Assembly: GCA_963515375.1 (NCBI GenBank)
Contig: CAUPWE010000004.1
Span: forward strand, 1,080 to 65,079
Source of the DNA: an uncultured Candidatus Saccharibacteria bacterium
Lineage (GTDB): Bacteria > Patescibacteriota > Saccharimonadia > Saccharimonadales > Saccharimonadaceae
Direction of reading: 5' to 3'
Length of the DNA stretch: 64,000 bases
Part shown: piece by piece, positions 38,207-47,980 of the stretch
Layout of the letters: each line of letters starts with the position of its first letter
How positions within the stretch are numbered: the first letter of the stretch is position 1
The notes under the pieces: model-generated
Database searches by the model: none
What the model was told of the DNA's origin: nothing
The model's input: only the letters and a program-made list of their open reading frames with translations
Translations under genes and position numbers: made by a program

Positions 38207-39465
38207 TATATTTCCTCCACGTCAGTTTTTTCACTAAGTAAGCGCCGAATTGTAGTCATAGCGGTATAACTACAGAATATCTGTTTTGGTTCATCGTTGT
38301 GTTTATTAATGAAATTATCCAGTGCTTTTGGAAGATTAGTGTCGACCTCTTCAATTGAGACCTCATCATATTGTAGGCGTAACGCCATGTCATATGCTCG
38401 TGTTCCGCTAATCATTGCGACGTTTTTTAAGGAAGAAAAATCAACATCCCAAAACCAACTGACATCACGCCCGTCAGCATAATTATCATTAACAGCAATC
38501 ATTGTAGCTGTACCACCTTTAGCGAATGACAAAAGAGCCAGTCGGAATCCGCTCGGATTTTTTACTAATATAAGTTCAATTGGCGTGCCGTCTAGGAAAA
38601 TAGTTTCACCTCGACCAAAGGCTGGCTTGATATTTTCAAGTGCCGCTAAAATTGTGCTGGTAACTTCTGGGCCAGTGATTTGTCGAACTAAAGCTACGGC
38701 TGCCGCTGCGTTAAGTAGATTATAAACACCCGTTAGCTGTAGAGCGACATCAACCTTTCTGTTGTCAATTTGCAAAGTTGCTTGCTGGGTATCGATTTTT
38801 GTCAAGAGCACATCGGCGGAGGTATTTTTATTAGCGGTAGCGTTGCCATATTTTAAATTATCATCGGTTGGCATTAGCTGTAGTAATTTGCTAGTTGTAC
38901 CAAAGAATGCTTTTTTTGCTTTAATATGCTTACTGATATTGAAAATTCGTGGATCATCACGGTTAAGAACAACCGTATCTGTAGTCGCTTCGGCTATTTT
39001 TTGAAGTAACGATGCTGTATTATCAATTTCTCCAAATCGGTCTAGCTGGTCGCGCATCACGTTTAGTAGCAGCGAGAATCGTGGACGAACCATTTTTACA
39101 AATTTCACCGCCCAAGCCTCGTCGAGCTCCAAGACTGCAATATCAGCCTCTAGTTTACCGCGAAGATTAACCTCATCCAGCAGCGCCGCCGCAACGCCTC
39201 GGGAAAAATTGCTGCCAGTCCGATTCGTAAAGACTTTCAGGCCCACAGATTCAAGCAATTCCACGACAATTTTTGTTGTCGTTGTTTTTCCATTCGTGCC
39301 GCTAATAATCACCACGCCCTGTGGTAAATTTCTCAATGTCCGTTGAATATACTTTGGGTCAATTTTTTCAATCACCAAGCCCGGCAGGGCTGAGCCGCCG
39401 CCGCGTAATTTCGCAACTTTCTTGACACTCTTGCCAATAATAGTACTAATCATTTGTCTTGCCAT
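38206..39465 (-). CDS. murT: Lipid II isoglutaminyl synthase, Mur-ligase subunit MurT
   Basis: GGSALPG, GTNGKTTT, RDQLDRFGE, LVKNP and DGRDVSW; start ATG 39465 (7 nt after TATAAT). Confidence 0.93.
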   Translation of the reverse strand: MARQMISTIIGKSVKKVAKLRGGGSALPGLVIEKIDPKYIQRTLRNLPQGVVIISGTNGKTTTTKIVVELLESVGLKVFTNRTGSNFSRGVAAALLDEVNLRGKLEADIAVLELDEAWAVKFVKMVRPRFSLLLNVMRDQLDRFGEIDNTASLLQKIAEATTDTVVLNRDDPRIFNISKHIKAKKAFFGTTSKLLQLMPTDDNLKYGNATANKNTSADVLLTKIDTQQATLQIDNRKVDVALQLTGVYNLLNAAAAVALVRQITGPEVTSTILAALENIKPAFGRGETIFLDGTPIELILVKNPSGFRLALLSFAKGGTATMIAVNDNYADGRDVSWFWDVDFSSLKNVAMISGTRAYDMALRLQYDEVSIEEVDTNLPKALDNFINKHNDEPKQIFCSYTAMTTIRRLLSEKTDVEEI

Positions 39466-39509
39466 AGTGTCCATTATACTCTGTCGGGCTAATATGCTAC
39501 AATATCAAT

Positions 39510-39884
39510 ATGTTTTTGGTGGGAATCTTTCAGTGGTGGTATGGTGATGGGTTGCTGCGCTACATTCGACAAAGTTTTCTGGGCGTCTTAAGGACGGCGG
39601 ATTTTTTCTCAGTTGGATTGTTATTGCAGACACTTTTTAACCCATTTCGACAAATTTCAGCCGCACCAGTCGGCGGGGCTATGTCGGTACAATTATCCGC
39701 CTTTTTCGATAAATTATTCTCGCGGGCGGTCGGTACTGTGGTACGTTCTGGTGTGATAATTGTCGGAATTTTAATGATAGTATTAAGATTTTTGTGGATG
39801 GTTCTGGGGGTACTTCTATGGCTAACACTGCCGATATTTCCGATTATCAGCATTGTGTTGTGGCAGACGGGAGTTTCATTATGA
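39510..39884 (+). CDS. Small membrane protein translationally coupled to the Clp ATPase
   Basis: WWY, DFFSVGLLLQTLFNPFR and C-terminal TM; ATGA overlap. Confidence 0.8.
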   Translation: MFLVGIFQWWYGDGLLRYIRQSFLGVLRTADFFSVGLLLQTLFNPFRQISAAPVGGAMSVQLSAFFDKLFSRAVGTVVRSGVIIVGILMIVLRFLWMVLGVLLWLTLPIFPIISIVLWQTGVSL

Positions 39885-42319
39885 ACATTCAGCCGAAGTT
39901 TAATTATGACAGCTTACGGGCGCAAAAGGCTCGGTTCTCAGTAAAATTCGGTAACGCTTGGCACGTGGTGACGGTAGTGGCTGCCATTGCATTAACGATA
40001 TTGGGTGTGTGGGCGCTAATTGAGCACGGGGCAGTTGGCTGGCTATTATTGGGTCTTAGTGGTCCGATGGTTATGATATCAATTTGGTGGCAGGAGGATC
40101 TTAAGACTGCGGAAATTAGCCGAAATCCTCAGACAATTGACGATGTAATGGCGGCGGATATTTTAGGCAAGCTGCCGCGCCGACCAACACCGACGGATAT
40201 TGCAGAGGCAATTACTGGTACTCGAGCAGGACAATTCTTAGCAGTGCGCGTAGGTCTAACTCCAAACTTCTTACATAATATTTCTATTGATGATCCAGAT
40301 CGAACCGAGCAAGTTTGGCAGGAGGCTATTGAGATTTGGCAGGATACCAAAAGTCCAAAGATCACCAGCGCAGTTTTGGCGGCAGCAATAGTGAAGCAGC
40401 TGCCTCAGCATGATGCTTTACTGGCAAATATGAAAATTGATTTTAATGATATTAAAGAGGCGATTCGGTGGTATGAGCGAATAAAATCATTGATTGAGCA
40501 ATACAAAAAAAAGCCGCTGCGAACGGGCGGTATTGCTAGAGATTGGTCATTTGGGTATACACCGCTGCTGAGTCGATTTGCGCAGAATATTAGCGTTCGG
40601 GTGTCTGGCGGTGCGATGGCGACCAAGTTAGCGGCACATGAAGAAGCGCTGGGACAAATGTTAAAAATATTTGGTTCGGGCGGGCGACAAAATATTACGC
40701 TGGTTGGTGCAGATGGCGCAGGAAAAAGTACTGTGGTGTCGGCGTTTGCGGAGATGTTGATTGATGGTCATCAGGGTGTGCCTAGATCGCTTCTTTATCA
40801 GCAGGTTTTTATGCTTGATGCATCGTCATTAATTAGTGTAGCGGCGGGGCGTGGTGAGTTGGAGAATCTGGTCACTATGATCCTGAATGAAGCCTTTTTA
40901 TCAAAGAATGTGATTTTATGTTTGGATAACGCGCAATTGTTCTTTGAAGAAGGGGTTGGCTCGGTTGACTTAAGTAATGTGTTGCTGCCAATTTTGGAGG
41001 CGGGCAATCTTCGGATGATTTTAACGATGGACGACCAGCGGTTTTTACAGATTTCTCAAATGAAGCCGCAATTAGCACACGCTTTGAACACCATTGCCAT
41101 CCAGCCATCAACCGAAGCAGAGACTATGAAAATTATACGTGATCAATTAGTGATATTTGAGGCCCAGCATAAAGTGACTTATATGTATCAAGCTTTGGCG
41201 GAGGCCTATCGCGTCGGTGATCGCTACATCCAAGATTTGGCAATGCCAGGTAAAGCGCTGAAAATTTTGGAGGCGGCAGCGAGTTATGCTAGCGGCGGGC
41301 TGGTGACAGCGCAATCAGTTGACGATGCAATCGAAAAAACGCTTGGTATAAAAATTTCCGTTGCATCTTCTGGCGATGAGCGTGAGAAATTGCTTAATTT
41401 GGAAACACTGATTCATCAGCGGATGATTAATCAGTCGCGGGCGGTGACAGTTGTTTCCGATGCTATTCGCCGCGCCCGTACTGGCGTTAGAAACCAAAAT
41501 CGGCCGATTGGCGCTTTCCTGTTTCTCGGCCCGACTGGAGTTGGTAAAACTGAATTATCCAAAGCGCTGGCGGATGTTTATTTTGGCGGCGAGGGCAGTA
41601 TGATTCGGTTGGATCTTAACGAGTTTGTCCGCCCAGATGACGTAGCGCGGCTGATTGCTGATGGCGCGCATGATCCAGGCAGTTTGACTGCCCAGGTGCA
41701 GAAACGACCATTTTCTGTTGTGCTGCTGGATGAGATTGAGAAGGCCCATCCGCAAGTTTTAACAACACTGCTGCAGTTGCTGGACGAAGGTATCCTACGC
41801 GATGAGAATAACCGGGAAATTAGTTTTCGCGATACGATTGTCATCGCTACATCGAACGCTGGAGCGGATAGGATTCGCGAATATATTGAACGCGGTTACC
41901 AGTTGGAGCAGTTTGAACAAACGTTTATCAACGAGCTGATTAATGCCAATTTGTTCCGCCCAGAGTTTTTGAACCGTTTTGACGAAATTGTCTTATTCCG
42001 TCCGCTGGGCAAGGAAGAGCTATTGCAGGTTGTCGATTTAATTTTGGCTGGCGTTAATAAAACTTTGGCGCCGCAGAAAATTCAGGTTGCGGTTGAGGAG
42101 GAAGGTAAGAGATTATTGGTTGAAGCTGGTTACGATCCGCGCCTGGGCGCCCGTCCGATGCGCCGCGTTGTCCAGCGAGCAGTTGAGAATACTGTCGCTA
42201 AACAGATGCTAGCTGGTACCGTTGCACCTGGATCAACTACGATTATCACTACTGAACAAATTCGTCAAATTCTGAGCAGTCGAACTCCTCAAACTCCAGT
42301 CATCCCGCCAAGTAGCTAG
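39881..42319 (+). CDS. Membrane-anchored ClpA/ClpB-family double AAA+ ATPase
   Basis: Two N-terminal TM helices; D1 GADGAGKS; D2 GPTGVGKT, DEIEKAH, FRPEFLNRFD and GARPMRR. Confidence 0.9.
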   Translation: MNIQPKFNYDSLRAQKARFSVKFGNAWHVVTVVAAIALTILGVWALIEHGAVGWLLLGLSGPMVMISIWWQEDLKTAEISRNPQTIDDVMAADILGKLPRRPTPTDIAEAITGTRAGQFLAVRVGLTPNFLHNISIDDPDRTEQVWQEAIEIWQDTKSPKITSAVLAAAIVKQLPQHDALLANMKIDFNDIKEAIRWYERIKSLIEQYKKKPLRTGGIARDWSFGYTPLLSRFAQNISVRVSGGAMATKLAAHEEALGQMLKIFGSGGRQNITLVGADGAGKSTVVSAFAEMLIDGHQGVPRSLLYQQVFMLDASSLISVAAGRGELENLVTMILNEAFLSKNVILCLDNAQLFFEEGVGSVDLSNVLLPILEAGNLRMILTMDDQRFLQISQMKPQLAHALNTIAIQPSTEAETMKIIRDQLVIFEAQHKVTYMYQALAEAYRVGDRYIQDLAMPGKALKILEAAASYASGGLVTAQSVDDAIEKTLGIKISVASSGDEREKLLNLETLIHQRMINQSRAVTVVSDAIRRARTGVRNQNRPIGAFLFLGPTGVGKTELSKALADVYFGGEGSMIRLDLNEFVRPDDVARLIADGAHDPGSLTAQVQKRPFSVVLLDEIEKAHPQVLTTLLQLLDEGILRDENNREISFRDTIVIATSNAGADRIREYIERGYQLEQFEQTFINELINANLFRPEFLNRFDEIVLFRPLGKEELLQVVDLILAGVNKTLAPQKIQVAVEEEGKRLLVEAGYDPRLGARPMRRVVQRAVENTVAKQMLAGTVAPGSTTIITTEQIRQILSSRTPQTPVIPPSS

Positions 42320-43080
42320 TTAAGTTTCTTAACAATAGATTTAGCGAACTCTCTATTGAATGGTGCCACGGCTGCCACAGCTACCGTGCCAACACCTCTT
42401 ACAGACGCGCGAGCCTTAGCTTTGAAGCGTTCTGTAATGGACAGCTTCGGATTTGAAGTATCAATCTTTGGTGATTCAGACCAGAATGCCAGCCATACAG
42501 CCCTGGCTCCAAGTGCTAAGCTTCTCTTTGTATTGCCAGCCAGTGCTTCAGCGAAGCTGGTGCGAGCAGTAAAGTTAATATCATATTGGTCAATCTTGCT
42601 GTTCTTGTTTGTAGTATATTCGCGAGACTCTTCAATGTAGCGCAGACCTTTGCTTAGGTTTTCTGCTGCTCGTTGAGAGTTTTCCTGATTATCATAAGAA
42701 GGGTCTGTTGCAATACGCTGCAGCTGCAGGGTCCCGAGCGTCACGACACTCGCGCCCAGCTCACGTAGCGTACTGCGATTCTCTCCTTCTTCGACCAAAG
42801 CCTCATGTTGCTCCACTGCTTCAGTAGCCCATTTTTCGGATTCATCGTAGTCGCCTTGATGGCGGTAGGCGGCACTTAAATCACGAGCAGCACGGGCTTG
42901 TTCGGATAAGTTTGGCGCCAGATTGTGGGCCAGGGAGGCTAATATAGCCGCTTGTCCGAACTTTTTCTCGCGTACTGCTTTTAGAACGGCTTCCATTACA
43001 CTACGGAAGTCGTTAATAGGCCTTTGTTCATTAGCCTCCAGAATACTCCTATTTATACCACTATTTAATATAAAAAGCAA
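42316..43080 (-). CDS. Hypothetical helical (TPR-like) protein; start uncertain
   Basis: 254-aa Ala-rich helical ORF. Confidence 0.65.
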   Translation of the reverse strand: MLFILNSGINRSILEANEQRPINDFRSVMEAVLKAVREKKFGQAAILASLAHNLAPNLSEQARAARDLSAAYRHQGDYDESEKWATEAVEQHEALVEEGENRSTLRELGASVVTLGTLQLQRIATDPSYDNQENSQRAAENLSKGLRYIEESREYTTNKNSKIDQYDINFTARTSFAEALAGNTKRSLALGARAVWLAFWSESPKIDTSNPKLSITERFKAKARASVRGVGTVAVAAVAPFNREFAKSIVKKLN

Positions 43081-43126
43081 GCAATTTATAGATATAATTA
43101 AAACCCGTCACAATAACGGGCTAATC

Positions 43127-43203
43127 TGGTACCCCGCACAGGAATCGAACCTGCAACCTTTGGTACCGGAAACCAACGCTCTATCCAGTTGAGCTAACGG
43201 GGC
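43127..43203 (-). tRNA. tRNA-Arg(CCG)
   Basis: Anticodon arm TTGGT-TTCCGGT-ACCAA; CCA end. Confidence 0.95.
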
Positions 43204-43251
43204 ATTTGGTGCGCTGATAGGGTAATGTCTGGTGAAAATAGCGCCAATTAA

Positions 43252-43328
43252 TGGTACACCCGGCAAGATTCGAACTTGCGACCCCTTGGTTCGAAGCCAA
43301 GTACTCTAATCCGCTGAGCTACGGGTGC
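43252..43328 (-). tRNA. tRNA-Arg(UCG)
   Basis: Anticodon arm CTTGG-CTTCGAA-CCAAG; CCA end. Confidence 0.95.
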
Positions 43329-43384
43329 GTACAGAGGTATTATAGCATAGATGACTATTGAGCAAAATGTTATACTATATATCT

Positions 43385-44410
43385 ATGGATATCATGACAA
43401 ATATATCACTGAAGCAATATACAACAATGAAACTGGGTGGTGAAACGCGCTATATGGCGGCGGCAGCTTCTGCTGATGATGTAGTATCTTTATATCGGGA
43501 CGCTCGGAGAGAAGGCTTACCGGTTTTTGTGTTGGGCGGCGGTAGTAATGTAATTACGCGCGATGAAGTATTTGAGGGGATTGTTCTGCTGAATAAAATC
43601 AAAGGATTTGAAATTGTTGCTGATAATGACGATACGACAGATATCAAGATTGGCGCTGGTGAAGTTTGGGATGAAGCGGTTGAGCGAACGGTCGGTATGG
43701 GATTACAAGGAGTCGAGGCTATGTCGGGAATCCCGGGAACTGCCGGTGCGGCGCCAGTACAGAATATTGGCGCTTATGGCCAGGAGGTTGCCGATACGTT
43801 GGTGAGCCTGGAAGCTTACGATTCTCATGCTGATTCAATTGTAACCATTACGGCGGATGAGTGTGATTTTTCGTATCGTAACAGTATATTTCGCGGCACT
43901 CAAAGAGGTAGATATTGTATTTTGAATATTACCCTGCGTCTATATAAAGCGGAACCAAAACCGCCGTATTATACTTCATTGCAGCAATATATTGACAAGA
44001 ATGATATTCGTGAAGTTAATTTATCAGTAATTCGGGTAGCAGTACTTAATATCCGTTCAGAAAAATTACCAGACCCAGCTGAGTTACCTAACGCAGGATC
44101 TTTCTTTAAGAATGCTTTGATTGAAAAGTGGCAATTAGAGAACCTACAAAAAGAATATCCTGACATACCGAACTACGCCATGTCTGATGGAAAATATAAG
44201 ATTCCGTCTGGTTGGTTGATTGAACAGGCGGGTCTTAAGGGGATGCGTAGTCATGGTATGAGAGTGTATGAAAAGAACGCGCTGGTGTTGGTGAATGATA
44301 CAGCTACAGGCTATGCTGATTTGGCAGCAATTCGTGGACAAATCATCCAAACAGTATATGATAAGTTTGGTATAAAAATCGAACAAGAACCGTTAGAACT
44401 TTCTTTGTAA
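43385..44410 (+). CDS. murB: UDP-N-acetylenolpyruvoylglucosamine reductase
   Basis: LGGGSN, GIPGTAGAAPVQNIGAYG, FSYRNS, NAGSFFKN and ALVLVN. Confidence 0.96.
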   Translation: MDIMTNISLKQYTTMKLGGETRYMAAAASADDVVSLYRDARREGLPVFVLGGGSNVITRDEVFEGIVLLNKIKGFEIVADNDDTTDIKIGAGEVWDEAVERTVGMGLQGVEAMSGIPGTAGAAPVQNIGAYGQEVADTLVSLEAYDSHADSIVTITADECDFSYRNSIFRGTQRGRYCILNITLRLYKAEPKPPYYTSLQQYIDKNDIREVNLSVIRVAVLNIRSEKLPDPAELPNAGSFFKNALIEKWQLENLQKEYPDIPNYAMSDGKYKIPSGWLIEQAGLKGMRSHGMRVYEKNALVLVNDTATGYADLAAIRGQIIQTVYDKFGIKIEQEPLELSL

Positions 44411-44452
44411 TAAGCATAGGCTTTTTTGCAAATCTACGCTACAATATGAAAT

Positions 44453-44938
44453 ATGAATCGTGGGATGGGCGGCTATACGCTGATGGAAATGATGGTGATT
44501 GTTGTAGTTGTGTCAATTTTGGCAGGTATTACTTTCGTTGGCGGTGAGCGTTTTTTAAGCCGAACTAGAGATGAACGCCAGCGGGCGAATGTTTCGGTAT
44601 TGTCATTAAAGTTAGAGCGATATTATAAATACCATAGCGATAATCACATTGGTCATGAATATCCTTCATGTAAGGATTTACTTAAGAATTTTAAGTCAAT
44701 TATTGGCGACGATTCGTTAAAGGAGGAATTGGTAAAGTGCAATCGCAGTGATTGGGCTGGCGGCAACAAGGGTGAGTTACTTTATGAAACCTCAAATATT
44801 GATAATGGCGACTGCACCAAGCCAACACATGGCTTACCGGCTGACATCGTGGCTGCGACATGTGTGAAATATAGCATTATCTATAAAGAGCGTTCAACGG
44901 GAATAGAAAAAAAGGTGGATAGTATATGGCGCGACTAG
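44453..44938 (+). CDS. Minor type IV pilin
   Basis: G|YTLMEMMVIVVVVSILA. Confidence 0.88.
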   Translation: MNRGMGGYTLMEMMVIVVVVSILAGITFVGGERFLSRTRDERQRANVSVLSLKLERYYKYHSDNHIGHEYPSCKDLLKNFKSIIGDDSLKEELVKCNRSDWAGGNKGELLYETSNIDNGDCTKPTHGLPADIVAATCVKYSIIYKERSTGIEKKVDSIWRD

Positions 44939-45363
44939 CGGGCGGAAGTGACGGTTTTACTATTGTTGAGGTAGTGGTGACGCTGGTCATTATTGGTATT
45001 TTTTCGATTGTTATTTTAAATATGCAGGCCCAAGTCAGCACGATATCTATTTTTGAGGTGCAACACACGAGGGCAAGCTACTTGGCCTATGATAATATGC
45101 GGGCTTATGTAAATGATTCGCCGCCATCATGGTTTAAGTGTAATGCGTCGGCCAGTACAGGATATAAGGTTATGACGAAGTCGGGTCATGTCGATGGTCT
45201 GCCGGGGGTGGTTAAACAAGAGGTGGTTGCCTCAGCGCCATATGGCTGTAAGGATTCTAAGGGTATGCCAATTAAAGTAGAGTCGATAGTGGAATACGGA
45301 TTGCCAAGTTCTGGCTCGGGTAGTGGAAGAAAGGTGACACATGCAACGTACGCGGCATTCTAG
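44926..45363 (+). CDS. Minor type IV pilin (PilV-like)
   Basis: G|FTIVEVVVTLVII. Confidence 0.88.
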   Translation: MARLAGGSDGFTIVEVVVTLVIIGIFSIVILNMQAQVSTISIFEVQHTRASYLAYDNMRAYVNDSPPSWFKCNASASTGYKVMTKSGHVDGLPGVVKQEVVASAPYGCKDSKGMPIKVESIVEYGLPSSGSGSGRKVTHATYAAF

Positions 45364-46168
45364 GGAAAATGGTTTTACGCTGGCTGAATTAGCGGTGGTG
45401 ATGGTGATTATTGCTATGGTTGTGGGTGTATTTAGCCAAATGTTAATTACCTCAAATCAAAACGCTTCCACCAGTAAGGCTATGGTTGATATTAATCGCA
45501 ATCTCCATAATTCCATGGACGCGATTGAGGTAGACGTACGCCAGGCGGTTCGCTTTAAGGCTAGCGGCTACGATGGCTATGATACGTTTGCCAGCGATAA
45601 GAGTATTTCTGGGATAACTCACAAGTGGAGTTATATGAATACGCCATATGTCAATGGAACGAAAGTCGCCCTCATATTATTACAGTACGCCACTACGACT
45701 GGCCGTGGCTCCGATGCTCGGGAGATTGTTTACCTAAGAACGCCGCGGTTTGATTGTGCGGCAAATAAAAGTCAGCAGCCAAAGTATAAAAAAATAGTTG
45801 TGTATTTTTTGGTGGACGGGCAGCTACATCGACGTACTGTCTATAACGATTTACTTGACACCTATGGTCATGTATACACTGGTGCTGCGGGGAATTATTT
45901 CTGCATGAATCACTCAGAGGCTGATAAGTTTAAGGATCGTGCCATGAAAACTCGCCAAGACTCAATTTTAGCAACTGGCGTATCGGAGTTCAAAGTCGAA
46001 TATTATGAAGGCAGCAGGCCGGTACAGCACCAATATGATGTTGCTAAAAGCCACCCAAAAATCCTTGACGCTTCTGATAGTATAAAAGTCACTTTAAAGT
46101 TGCAGTCACCATCTAAAAATGTTTCTGATTCACAAACATTAACCATACGAAAGATAAATAACTTATGA
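45341..46168 (+). CDS. Minor type IV pilin (PilW-like)
   Basis: G|FTLAELAVVMVII; IEVDVRQA. Confidence 0.88.
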   Translation: MQRTRHSRENGFTLAELAVVMVIIAMVVGVFSQMLITSNQNASTSKAMVDINRNLHNSMDAIEVDVRQAVRFKASGYDGYDTFASDKSISGITHKWSYMNTPYVNGTKVALILLQYATTTGRGSDAREIVYLRTPRFDCAANKSQQPKYKKIVVYFLVDGQLHRRTVYNDLLDTYGHVYTGAAGNYFCMNHSEADKFKDRAMKTRQDSILATGVSEFKVEYYEGSRPVQHQYDVAKSHPKILDASDSIKVTLKLQSPSKNVSDSQTLTIRKINNL

Positions 46169-47901
46169 TTCGACAAAAAGACGGCTATTCTCTGGTTTTA
46201 ATCGTGCTAATGAGTACTTTCATTTTGGCGGTTTTAGCGGGAGCGTTAAGAATTGTTACCCAATCCTATATTTATTCTCAAGAAGAATATTATTATAAGT
46301 TAGCCCAAGAGGCGGGCGAGGCGGGTACTGCATATGCGAACGCTTGTTTGGATGCTAATAATGCGGAGCAATCGTGGAGTTCGGCTCCTGGTGGTATCGG
46401 TCCTCTGCGGCCAAATACTAATTGTAAGGGAGCAGCGGCATTTCATAGCAATAATTATGTACTTGATAATGGTAAAGTACGGACGACGTTTGAGGTTGGC
46501 AATTTGGAAGCGTCAACGAAGAGCTCGGCGCTATCGGCTGCTACCGCCCAGATTTCTGCTACTGGTCGAGTTGAGGTTGTAGGTGGCGGGTCTAAGACTT
46601 ATGTGGCGGTCGTAAAAAAGTCTGTTACTTGGCCGGCCGACCTTGACGCTACACGGACAGTTAGTGGGACAGGGCGTACCTGTGCTATTTTGTCGAATAA
46701 TGTATGGTGCTGGGGTGAAAATAATAAGGGTCAATTGGGAGATGGTACAACTACCAGCTCTGAGACGCCAGTAAAAGTACGTTCAATTGGCGATATGATT
46801 TATGGAAAAATTATTGATATGTTTGCTGCGCAGTATCACAACTGTGTCCTAACTCAGCTGGGAACCGCAAAAAAGGTTTACTGTTGGGGTGGTAACGAAC
46901 ATGGGCAATTGGGCAACGGACTATCGGGTACTGGTGAATATTCCAATGTTCCAGTGGAGGTTGGTGGGGCTATTGTTGGCAAAAATGTGACAGCAATCGG
47001 TGGCAGCGGCGATGTATCTTGTGCGATTGCGGATGGTAAAATTTATTGCTGGGGAAGGAATGACTATGGTCAGCTAGGCTCTGGCTCTCCTGGTAATCCG
47101 GCTCGTTCTGTCACGCCCGTGGAGGTGGCTTCAGGTACTGATCCTACCTGGAGGTTACCTGCTGGATATACTGCGAAAAAACTCTCTACTAGTGGCTCTC
47201 GTGCGCATAGTATGTGTGCGATCATCACCACTGGTAATGCGTATTGTTGGGGTCAGGCTACCTACGGCCAAAACGGGAGTGGTCCAGTGTCTAGTACATA
47301 CAATTACGGACAGCCGGTTCGTGTTGTTGACATTTCTAACGTAACCGATATATCCCAAGATGGTTACACGTGGGCTAGTTATGAAGCAATTCCATACCTC
47401 GTACATGTTTGCGCAGTTGCCTCTGGTAAGGTGTATTGCTGGGGTGGATCTGGTCGCGGACAATCTGGCTCTGGCTCTTATGGAAGTGGTTCGTATCAAA
47501 GTTTTGATAAGCCTGTTCAGGTTAAGGATTTGCCTGGCACGGCGTTGCGAGTTGAAGTGGGAATTGCTCATTCTTGTGCTTTGGTGAATGATGCTGGCAA
47601 GAGAAAAATGTATTGCTGGGGTACAAACCATTGGGGACAGTTGGGGGTAAATAATTCTGGAGTCAATCACGTCACAAAGCCGCGTCCTGTCTATGTTGGA
47701 ACGGACGGTCTGCCAGCGACAGAGGAAGTGGTAGACATAGCAGCTGGAGCAAACCGCGGCTGTGCGCTTATGACAAACAAGCGGGCGTATTGCTGGGGAT
47801 TAAACCACACTGGGCAGATTGGCGACGGGACAAAGGATAATCGATATAACCCGACAGAATCATTGTTCTTGCGCCCGCTCCAAAATCGCTATATCTATTA
47901 A
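46165..47901 (+). CDS. PilX-like tip pilin fused to a seven-repeat RCC1 beta-propeller
   Basis: G|YSLVLIVL (no Glu5), LAQEAGEAG and seven CWG....GQ.G repeats. Confidence 0.88.
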   Translation: MIRQKDGYSLVLIVLMSTFILAVLAGALRIVTQSYIYSQEEYYYKLAQEAGEAGTAYANACLDANNAEQSWSSAPGGIGPLRPNTNCKGAAAFHSNNYVLDNGKVRTTFEVGNLEASTKSSALSAATAQISATGRVEVVGGGSKTYVAVVKKSVTWPADLDATRTVSGTGRTCAILSNNVWCWGENNKGQLGDGTTTSSETPVKVRSIGDMIYGKIIDMFAAQYHNCVLTQLGTAKKVYCWGGNEHGQLGNGLSGTGEYSNVPVEVGGAIVGKNVTAIGGSGDVSCAIADGKIYCWGRNDYGQLGSGSPGNPARSVTPVEVASGTDPTWRLPAGYTAKKLSTSGSRAHSMCAIITTGNAYCWGQATYGQNGSGPVSSTYNYGQPVRVVDISNVTDISQDGYTWASYEAIPYLVHVCAVASGKVYCWGGSGRGQSGSGSYGSGSYQSFDKPVQVKDLPGTALRVEVGIAHSCALVNDAGKRKMYCWGTNHWGQLGVNNSGVNHVTKPRPVYVGTDGLPATEEVVDIAAGANRGCALMTNKRAYCWGLNHTGQIGDGTKDNRYNPTESLFLRPLQNRYIY

Positions 47902-47907
47902 AAATGC

Positions 47908-47936
47908 TTGCGCTTTTAAAAACGTTGTAGTATTAT
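47908..47936 (+). promoter_or_regulatory. Sigma70 promoter of the probable major pilin
   Basis: TTGCGC-17-TATTAT; AGGGGG SD downstream. Confidence 0.65.
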
Positions 47937-47980
47937 CAAATTACAAATCAAATTAACACAATTTTAGGGGGCACATTATC

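Noticed and set aside
39794..39880. Longer ORF-track starts (Clp 39794, recX 23648, dnaK 2883, tsaB 31049, murB 43358, folD 54115)
   Set aside because: They overlap neighbouring genes or promoters; downstream starts fit SD, -10 spacing or stop-start coupling
43010..43045. Possible frameshifted start GGAGG-cta-ATG AAC AAA (A)GG for the TPR-like gene
   Set aside because: SD spacing is only 3 nt and in-frame starts exist; cannot be decided without orthologs
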